DNA of 64,000 nt from a virus (lineage: Duplodnaviria; Caudoviricetes), in IMG/VR virus record IMGVR_UViG_3300048803_000071, positions 28,783 through 92,782 of that record; one strand, given 5' to 3'. Positions 57,475-64,000 of the stretch are shown here, piece by piece (position 1 is the stretch's first letter; each line of letters starts with the position of its first letter). Position numbers and translations under genes: made by a program. The notes under the pieces are model-generated. The model made no database searches and was not told where the DNA came from. It worked only from the letters and a program-made list of their open reading frames with translations.

Positions 57475-58788
57475 TCATTTGCTGTTTGTTATTTCTTTTT
57501 TATATTTTTCCATTGCTTTTCTATCTTCATCCGGAATTTGGTTTATAATGATAGTCTTTCTGATCGGTACGTATCTTATTGTATTATCTTCTAAAATGTA
57601 ATCTGCATACCTGGCAAATAATGGCTTATCTTTTTCCGGTATAAAGCATATACCATCATTAAAATGAATTATTTGATATTCTATATTTGGATTGTTTTCT
57701 GAATATGCTGCAACTATTGCTCTTTCCAATTTCTCATATTCCTGTGGCGGAAAATCCCCTTCCTCTTTTATACATTGTATAGGTGTGCCGTAGAATCCGT
57801 TTCCCTGTTTTTCTGACTTTATTATATATGATTCTCCGGGGAATATCCTTTGTCTTCTGACTTCTGACTTTCCTCCGGGATGATTCCTGAACACTTCTTC
57901 TATCTCTTCCACCTTAAATTCTGCGCTCCCTTTGTGGCCTCCGCCACCGTATTTCTCTGCAATCTTTGAACAATCAATAGACTTCGAGTTGCTGAATATC
58001 CGGAATACCCATAATTTTTCTTTTCCGTTGTATTGAAAATCTAACATTATCTGGTGCTCCAGCTTTATTACGGTCCTGAATAAATCGCTGTTGAAGCGTC
58101 CCCTGTTTATACAAATAGCCTTATATCCGTCTATTTCTACTTCGAAACTTTTCTTTGCCTCTTTTTCATCTTCCTGTCTTACATATTTTAATATCAATGA
58201 CCCGGTTATTAATATTCCGTTAATTATTTCTGATTCTTCTTTCTTATCTAATGATTTTGTGATTAAGAATATAAGGTTTGATATTGAGTGCCATTCTGCC
58301 CTGATTCCATATTGGAAAGGTAATACTATATTCTCCCAATCGTACTTATTTTTATCATGAATATCATATCTGCCTAAGAGTTCTACTACTTGCGGGATCC
58401 TCTTTTCCGGATAAATAAATTGCCATACAAGTTCGCATGCTGCAAAATTACTTCCTGTCATTGCTGTTATTGTTTGTATCGTAGGACAGGGCACCAATTT
58501 TCCTGCAGGTGGTTTTGTTTGTGTGTCTTTTTCGTATCTTTCTCTCCATTCTTTAATTGAAGAGCGGTGATGATCTATCCAGGTTAAACTCTTTGAACGT
58601 TTTCTTAACTTAATCATATCATCTATTGGGAAACTAATATCTACCATAAATATATCTTCATTGTCCGCAATAATCGGTAATGGCTGTTTATAATCATATC
58701 CGATTAATGAAGCTTCCGGATATTTCAGTTTTACAATTGCCGCTGAACATAAACCGTCCAGGTCCCTTGAATGATAAATGCAAATCAT
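57475..58788 (-). CDS. DHH/DHHA1 phosphoesterase
   Basis: YH..DLDG..SA, VD, IDHH, GGGGH. Confidence 0.88.
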   Translation of the reverse strand: MICIYHSRDLDGLCSAAIVKLKYPEASLIGYDYKQPLPIIADNEDIFMVDISFPIDDMIKLRKRSKSLTWIDHHRSSIKEWRERYEKDTQTKPPAGKLVPCPTIQTITAMTGSNFAACELVWQFIYPEKRIPQVVELLGRYDIHDKNKYDWENIVLPFQYGIRAEWHSISNLIFLITKSLDKKEESEIINGILITGSLILKYVRQEDEKEAKKSFEVEIDGYKAICINRGRFNSDLFRTVIKLEHQIMLDFQYNGKEKLWVFRIFSNSKSIDCSKIAEKYGGGGHKGSAEFKVEEIEEVFRNHPGGKSEVRRQRIFPGESYIIKSEKQGNGFYGTPIQCIKEEGDFPPQEYEKLERAIVAAYSENNPNIEYQIIHFNDGICFIPEKDKPLFARYADYILEDNTIRYVPIRKTIIINQIPDEDRKAMEKYKKEITNSK

Positions 58789-58951
58789 ATAATAAATATT
58801 AAAATTAATAAAAATATTACCATTAAAATTGTTTCTATCTTTAGTCTTTTCAATGACTTCTGTAACAATATTTTGTTTTGCTCACAATTATAAAGTTTAA
58901 CGATAGGACATTTCTTTAAACAGTAATTCCAGTTATTATTTTTACAATTAA

Positions 58952-59920
58952 TCAAAATGGATCTCCTTCTATTATGTTTGTCTGGTCTATAATTGGTGGT
59001 TTAGAGTATTCCCTCATTCTCAATGACTTCTTGTCAAATAGCAAATGCACTTTTGCCTTTTTTCCTGCTTTCTTTTTCAAGATTGAAAAGTCTAAAAGAT
59101 CATATCTTTCTTCTTCTATTTTTTTTCTGATATCATCCGGATAATCTGCCGGGCATTCTATTGTCTCCAGAGAAATAACAATGTTTGCAGCTTCTTCTAT
59201 TTCTCCTGAACCCTTTCCTGCGTGAAGGGTCAATTTCCCTTCCTTCCTTCCTATCTGTGATACATCGATTATAGGTGTTTTATGGTGTAATGCAATTTCT
59301 TGCTCTTTCCTTGCATTCACAGAGATTCTTGAGTATTCATTAGCTTTTGGGTTGTCGATTATTTGCAGATAATCAATAAGCATAAGTCTTGTTCTTTTAC
59401 CGGTTATCTCTTCCAAACTTTTATTATATAATCCTATTTCATCTATACCTATCCTGTAGACAATAGCCGTCATAGATTGATATTTTTTCAAAATCTCTTT
59501 TGAGTTTCTTATAAAATCTTGGTCTCTAGTTTCAGCTTTTTTCTCAATCTCAGATGTTGACATTTCCATTTCCATTTGAATTAATCGTTCAAATATTTCC
59601 TCTTCCGATATTTCCAGAGAGAACATTAGTATTTGTTCTTTTTTTGGATCGAATGTTCCTACTTGATTGGCTAATATGTTAGTAATTACTGATGTCTTAC
59701 CTACGTTTGTTCTTGAATTAATAGTTACTTTTTGTGTGGGCCTTATGCCGCCCATCGCTCTATCAATAGTTGGAAATCCAAAGAATACTTTTTTCTGTTC
59801 CAGATTTTCAGCATATTTTAAATAGATCTCCGGTAAATCAACTATATCTATTATTCTTCCGAATTTAAGATGTTTGTAACTTTCTTTTAAATCGTCCGTT
59901 ATGCTTTTGTGCTTAATCAC
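58952..59920 (-). CDS. DnaB-like replicative helicase (C-terminal domain)
   Basis: RTNVGKT, FSLE, IDYLQ, SQ..R, GSGEIEE. Confidence 0.85.
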   Translation of the reverse strand: MIKHKSITDDLKESYKHLKFGRIIDIVDLPEIYLKYAENLEQKKVFFGFPTIDRAMGGIRPTQKVTINSRTNVGKTSVITNILANQVGTFDPKKEQILMFSLEISEEEIFERLIQMEMEMSTSEIEKKAETRDQDFIRNSKEILKKYQSMTAIVYRIGIDEIGLYNKSLEEITGKRTRLMLIDYLQIIDNPKANEYSRISVNARKEQEIALHHKTPIIDVSQIGRKEGKLTLHAGKGSGEIEEAANIVISLETIECPADYPDDIRKKIEEERYDLLDFSILKKKAGKKAKVHLLFDKKSLRMREYSKPPIIDQTNIIEGDPF

Positions 59921-60332
59921 CGTATATTTTCTTTTGTATAAATTTCAGTTCCGCTAATTTTACTTTCAGTTTATTTGTTCCCCAACTCCATAAAGTAACA
60001 TCCCAACATCTTTTTGGTCTTGTACTTTCTCTGTATCTTAATTCTGCTTCAATTTCTAATATTTCATCCATTAGTCTCACTTCTTTGTTGATATGCTCAG
60101 TTATATTCATTAGTTTAATTTCATCACATTTATCCAAATACTTTTCTATTAAATCCTCAGTTTTTGTATCTATCATCTCTTTCCATTCTTTGTAATCCCT
60201 TAAACTGCCTTTTCTATCAGTAGTAGCAATATCTTTCATTTCATTTAATAGATTTGAAATTAGCAGTTTTGCAATAATTTCAGATGCGTATTCCTGATCG
60301 TATTTTTTCTTAATTATTGTTTTCGTACTCAT
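59913..60332 (-). CDS. hypothetical protein in replication operon
   Basis: Overlaps both neighbours. Confidence 0.55.
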   Translation of the reverse strand: MSTKTIIKKKYDQEYASEIIAKLLISNLLNEMKDIATTDRKGSLRDYKEWKEMIDTKTEDLIEKYLDKCDEIKLMNITEHINKEVRLMDEILEIEAELRYRESTRPKRCWDVTLWSWGTNKLKVKLAELKFIQKKIYGD

Positions 60333-61056
60333 CCGGACGGTAATCTTTAATTTTTAAGTTTTCTGTGATTTCAATTATTCTCTCATTATTTATCCTCGAT
60401 GATATTCTTGAGTCTATCTTTTCAATATCTGAGAGGAGCAAATTGGAGGTTAAAATAGTCGGTAATGATCTCCATTCACTTCTATCATTCAATATTCCGT
60501 AAATTATTCGTCTTGCGAGGTCTGAATTTTTTGTAGAAAATACATCTTCGATTAAGAGAATATCGAACTCTCTGTACTTTTTTATTACATCATAATCGTT
60601 TACTTCTTTCCAGTCAATTTCTTCGTAAATCATTGTATCCGGTAAACAACAGGTTTTGGGTTTATAATATTCTGTTTTTTGAGTATCCATATTTTCCGCT
60701 CCGGAATTAATAGCTTCGTATACCCTGTAGTTATCGGAGGAGTGCTTTTCATAAAATTCGTATATGAATTTTTTATAAAGACAAAATGCCATATGACTCT
60801 TTCCAATACCATTTAGAGGACTCAGAAAAGCAGCAATTGCAGGTTTCTTGAAATCCCATCCTTTGAAATACTCCACCTGCGACGGCCAGAACTTCTCTCC
60901 CTTTTTAGGTCCGTCTAAAATTAGACCCTCAAGATCGGAGAGTTTTTTAAGTCGAAACTTCTCAGGGATATCTATGATATGCTCATAATAGAGTATATCT
61001 GTCAGTTCCTTCTCAGTAACTACGCTTGGTCGGAGTTCTTTGTTCGGTTCTTCCAT
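60310..61056 (-). CDS. DnaC/IstB-like helicase loader ATPase
   Basis: GIGKSH, LLIED, R...LPTILTSN, RI.SR. Confidence 0.82.
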   Translation of the reverse strand: MEEPNKELRPSVVTEKELTDILYYEHIIDIPEKFRLKKLSDLEGLILDGPKKGEKFWPSQVEYFKGWDFKKPAIAAFLSPLNGIGKSHMAFCLYKKFIYEFYEKHSSDNYRVYEAINSGAENMDTQKTEYYKPKTCCLPDTMIYEEIDWKEVNDYDVIKKYREFDILLIEDVFSTKNSDLARRIIYGILNDRSEWRSLPTILTSNLLLSDIEKIDSRISSRINNERIIEITENLKIKDYRPDEYENNN

Positions 61057-61960
61057 TCTTTTTTATATAATTCATATATTGGTTAATTTGCGAATCAAGA
61101 AAAGCCATGGATATCTTTGAAAGAAATAAATCATCTTTTTCTGTTATAGCTGTGCATTTACCGAAAAAATCATAATACCAAATAATCGCTTCTTCCGTAT
61201 TCATAGGTTTTTCAAGTTTTTTGATAGTCGATACTAATATCCCCAGATGCTTTGTATCAATCCCCTCACGCCACGCATAATGATATCCCCGGCTTCGGAA
61301 ATATTGCATCCGGAATATCACCCTGAGTTTATCCATAAAATTCGGCTCTTTCTTTAAGAGTTCTTTATCATATTGTTCTATAAACTCTTTTATTTTTTCT
61401 TCAATGTTAGTAATTGGGATAGTTACTTCATTAGTTTTAAAAAAATTATTTGAATTTTCTAAAGCATTTATATTATCTGTACTTAAAGCATTTATACTAT
61501 CTGTACTTAAAGCATTTGTCTGCTGAAAACCACTTGTGGGGTTATCCACTATATTAGAATCGTTATTGTGGATAATTTCATTAGTTTTAGCCTTTCTCCA
61601 CATAAAGTTGATTTTGATATAATAACCTCTAATTATACCTTTATTATCTTTCCGTGTTATTCTTTCAATCAATCCACTCTTAATGAGTGTTTCTTGAGCA
61701 TTATGAAGCCGGTCATAACCAATATTCAAACATTTCTTTAAATAAGAATTAGTTGCTTTCACCTGGTTGGTTTTCTGCCATTTAGCCGTATAATAATAAA
61801 AGTTATATAAACCCATAGCATCCAGAAAATTATCTTCTCTTAAAAGGTCTTTTATGAGATATGTTGAAATAACAAGAGGTTCATCACTCGGATCGTAAAT
61901 GACAGTGGTATCTTCTTCTTTTTCCTCATTTAAAATATCAGTAGGATTTGAGTCTTGCAT
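61013..61960 (-). CDS. putative replication initiator
   Basis: N-terminal wHTH-like region; upstream of loader and helicase; internal repeats. Confidence 0.65.
   Translation of the reverse strand: MQDSNPTDILNEEKEEDTTVIYDPSDEPLVISTYLIKDLLREDNFLDAMGLYNFYYYTAKWQKTNQVKATNSYLKKCLNIGYDRLHNAQETLIKSGLIERITRKDNKGIIRGYYIKINFMWRKAKTNEIIHNNDSNIVDNPTSGFQQTNALSTDSINALSTDNINALENSNNFFKTNEVTIPITNIEEKIKEFIEQYDKELLKKEPNFMDKLRVIFRMQYFRSRGYHYAWREGIDTKHLGILVSTIKKLEKPMNTEEAIIWYYDFFGKCTAITEKDDLFLSKISMAFLDSQINQYMNYIKKNGRTEQRTPTKRSY
61461..61602. other. candidate replication origin (24-bp iterons plus DnaA-box-like sites)
   Basis: aaagcatttata(t/c)tatctgtactt x2.4 at 61461-61517; TTATCCACt 61542, TGTGGATAA 61567, TTcTCCACA 61594. 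Confidence 0.55.
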
Positions 61961-62000
61961 ATTTTTATTTTTTAAAAAATTTATTGTTTTGTATTATTAT

Positions 62001-62279
62001 TTAGAATTTGTCGCATCGTTCTGTAATTCTTAAATATGAAGTTTCAGTTTCTCTCTCTATTATGTTCTTTTCTATAAGTTTATTAATAATCGAATGAATA
62101 GTTTGTCGGCTAAGAGATAAAGTATTGGCTAAATATTCCTTAGAGCCATAAAACCATCCCGGAGCAACTGTATTGTTATCTCTTGAAAGAGTTTTGATAA
62201 CAGCAGCAACGCAATATTCATTCAATGTAATATTTAATTGTTTTAAAACTTTTAGGTGTATAATTATTTCTTTCATCAT
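62001..62279 (-). CDS. winged-helix DNA-binding protein
   Basis: SKEYLANTLSLSRQTIHSIINKLIEKNII. Confidence 0.7.
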   Translation of the reverse strand: MMKEIIIHLKVLKQLNITLNEYCVAAVIKTLSRDNNTVAPGWFYGSKEYLANTLSLSRQTIHSIINKLIEKNIIERETETSYLRITERCDKF

Positions 62280-62310
62280 TTTTAAGAATTTATTTTTGTT
62301 TTTAACTTTT

Positions 62311-62868
62311 CTACTTACTACCGTCTACTGTCTTCTGTTTCTTATATTGTTCCAAAAACGAACTTAATCTTTTATTGTCTGTATTCATTGCATCTATAAA
62401 TTCTATTGTGTGTGATGTCTTTTTCTTGTTAATCCAGGAATCGAGATCATTCAAGTTCTCACACAATTCAAACAGCATCACATTGAAAGGAATATCTTTA
62501 TCCCAATTATAAAAACCGACGGGTACATTGTTTTTATATTTTACATCATTTTCTTTTTGGTGCTCAGTTCTTGCATTTACATAACAAGCAAAACATGGGA
62601 CAAAAAATCCTCTGCCGTCAAACAGAAGTTCTTTTAAGGATTCGCATATTATTCTTTCTTCTGATAAAAATGCGGTTTGTGATATGATTTGTTCAGATAT
62701 CTCTTCTAAAAACTCATCGAATTCTTTTTCTTCAAAAATAGGGTCCTGAGCTTTGTTTGTTATCGGGTCAATTGTTAAATTTAAGAAAGGAGCCACATAT
62801 GAGCCATTTTTTAAGTGTTCGTTGTAGCAGATCGTTTTTATTACGTTTTTTAATTTGCTTTTATCCAT
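62311..62868 (-). CDS. hypothetical protein
   Basis: 185 aa ORF. Confidence 0.55.
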   Translation of the reverse strand: MDKSKLKNVIKTICYNEHLKNGSYVAPFLNLTIDPITNKAQDPIFEEKEFDEFLEEISEQIISQTAFLSEERIICESLKELLFDGRGFFVPCFACYVNARTEHQKENDVKYKNNVPVGFYNWDKDIPFNVMLFELCENLNDLDSWINKKKTSHTIEFIDAMNTDNKRLSSFLEQYKKQKTVDGSK

Positions 62869-62878
62869 AATTATTATT

Positions 62879-64000
62879 TTAAGGTTGGTCGATATCGTTT
62901 TCTTCTATAATTTCAGTTTCAATTATAACAGGTGATTGCTCATCTTCTTTCTTTTCATCGAGAAGAAGTGTTTTCTGGATATTTTTCTCGATCAATTTAT
63001 CTATACTGTAGGGTAAATGGAGATATACAAAAGGAAATATTTTTTTAACAGAATTTTTACTTTTCCTTTCTTCCATCCGTACCTTTAAAAATAGAGGTAT
63101 ACTGCCGACTGTATGAAAGCTGTTAAATAACTGAATAATTGAGCGTATCAGGGAAATCAAATTATCATAACTTTTCCCTTCAATTGCGTAAAGATTAATT
63201 CCTTCAACTGCCGGACAAACAAATCTTAAAGAATATAGGACATTACAGCTTTGTTCTAATTCTTCAAATTCAACAATGTTTGTATCTTTATTATAAGATT
63301 TTTTTGTTCTCCACGCTCCTTGCCATAGAAGTTGTTTTTTCTCAGCTTTATCATCAGGTCTTGATCTATCCGGAATATATTCGATAGTTCGATGAGGAAT
63401 GGTTTTATTAAAAAGAGCAGAGTTTTCTATTTCGATACCGGTTAATCTTTTATAGTTTTTATTGAATGCACAAGGACATTCATTAAATTCTATATATTTA
63501 TTTGTATCTTTATCATATCTTCTGGCATCATTGTTTCCGTTACCATAGCAATCTATTCCTCCGAAAGTATATTTTTTGAAACTGTTAGGTATGATCTCAT
63601 TTACATCATAATCTATTTTTGTCGGCTTATCTTTTTCTGCAATTTCTTTTCTGATAATATCACCTAAGAACATGATTTTTATGGCTGTGGCTCTTTTACC
63701 GTAGATAGCTTCGAGTTCAGGAGGTAAAACAAAGAATGGCAGAGAAGTGGTTGTAGATCCGGGTTCTTTCTCTTCTAATTTTATGTACCATTTTTCTTTA
63801 TCTTTGGATTCTTTTAAAACTTCACATCTTTTTCCTTTATAGGTTACATATATAATTTTATTACTTTTAACATCTTCAACAGTTTCAGTTTCAGTTTCAT
63901 AATTCTTTTTTGGGATTCCGATAATTATAGCTCCAACTTTAATTTTCGATTCTATTATATCGGAATGTTTCCCTGCTTCTTCAATAATATTATTTATCAT
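62879..64000 (-). CDS. recombination-directionality-factor-like (Gp3-like) protein; may extend beyond the window
   Basis: G.I.IG, YG......I.F, C.G.G, CPC, L.F..P....G pattern; start sits at the window edge. Confidence 0.5.
   Translation of the reverse strand: MINNIIEEAGKHSDIIESKIKVGAIIIGIPKKNYETETETVEDVKSNKIIYVTYKGKRCEVLKESKDKEKWYIKLEEKEPGSTTTSLPFFVLPPELEAIYGKRATAIKIMFLGDIIRKEIAEKDKPTKIDYDVNEIIPNSFKKYTFGGIDCYGNGNNDARRYDKDTNKYIEFNECPCAFNKNYKRLTGIEIENSALFNKTIPHRTIEYIPDRSRPDDKAEKKQLLWQGAWRTKKSYNKDTNIVEFEELEQSCNVLYSLRFVCPAVEGINLYAIEGKSYDNLISLIRSIIQLFNSFHTVGSIPLFLKVRMEERKSKNSVKKIFPFVYLHLPYSIDKLIEKNIQKTLLLDEKKEDEQSPVIIETEIIEENDIDQP

Noticed and set aside
59-62367. The many plus-strand ORFs in the track
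   Set aside because: They are antisense shadows of long minus-strand genes (Ser/Phe/Leu-rich, no motifs, no RBS)
1-64000. Stop-codon recoding, tRNA or rRNA genes
   Set aside because: Conserved genes are intact and densely packed under the standard code; no cloverleaf or rRNA-like sequence recognised
1-64000. Apparent excess of CCGG/TCCGG
   Set aside because: Visual impression only; needs a k-mer count against a Markov background

Overview
This window is a 64 kb slice of a large, AT-rich tailed phage. Essentially all real genes lie on the minus strand. The host is probably in the FCB group (Bacteroidota or Ignavibacteria-like), inferred from Q-rule signal peptides, TTG-N21-TAnnTT(T/C)G-type promoters and D-(S/T) sequons. 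In window order: (i) a SPO1/Twort-type head module (neck, major capsid, prohead protease, Mor-type activator, portal), interrupted by about 10 kb of large K-[S/A]-punctuated polyvalent proteins carrying Nudix and DdrB/ParB-like domains; (ii) a lysis/fibre block with an amidase endolysin and membrane proteins, interleaved with signal-peptide-bearing fibre-like proteins; (iii) a tail spike and a complete diversity-generating retroelement (target VR, TR, RT, no avd); (iv) an ~830 bp G/T-skewed non-coding gap; (v) an early/middle region with 12 copies of a WACACA-N10-TAnnTT promoter-like motif, a candidate sRNA, beta-clamp, mini-ligase, J-domain protein, ParB, recombinase and SNF2; (vi) accessory genes, a displaced large terminase, a HerA-like ATPase and a lambda-like replication module with a candidate origin. 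The strongest candidate for a new system is a set of four late genes encoding Sec-exported proteins heavily enriched in the Bacteroidota O-glycosylation sequon D-(S/T)-(A/I/L/M/T/V). This suggests the phage sends virion decoration/fibre proteins through the periplasm to be glycosylated by the host. All calls come from reading motifs by eye; no searches were run.
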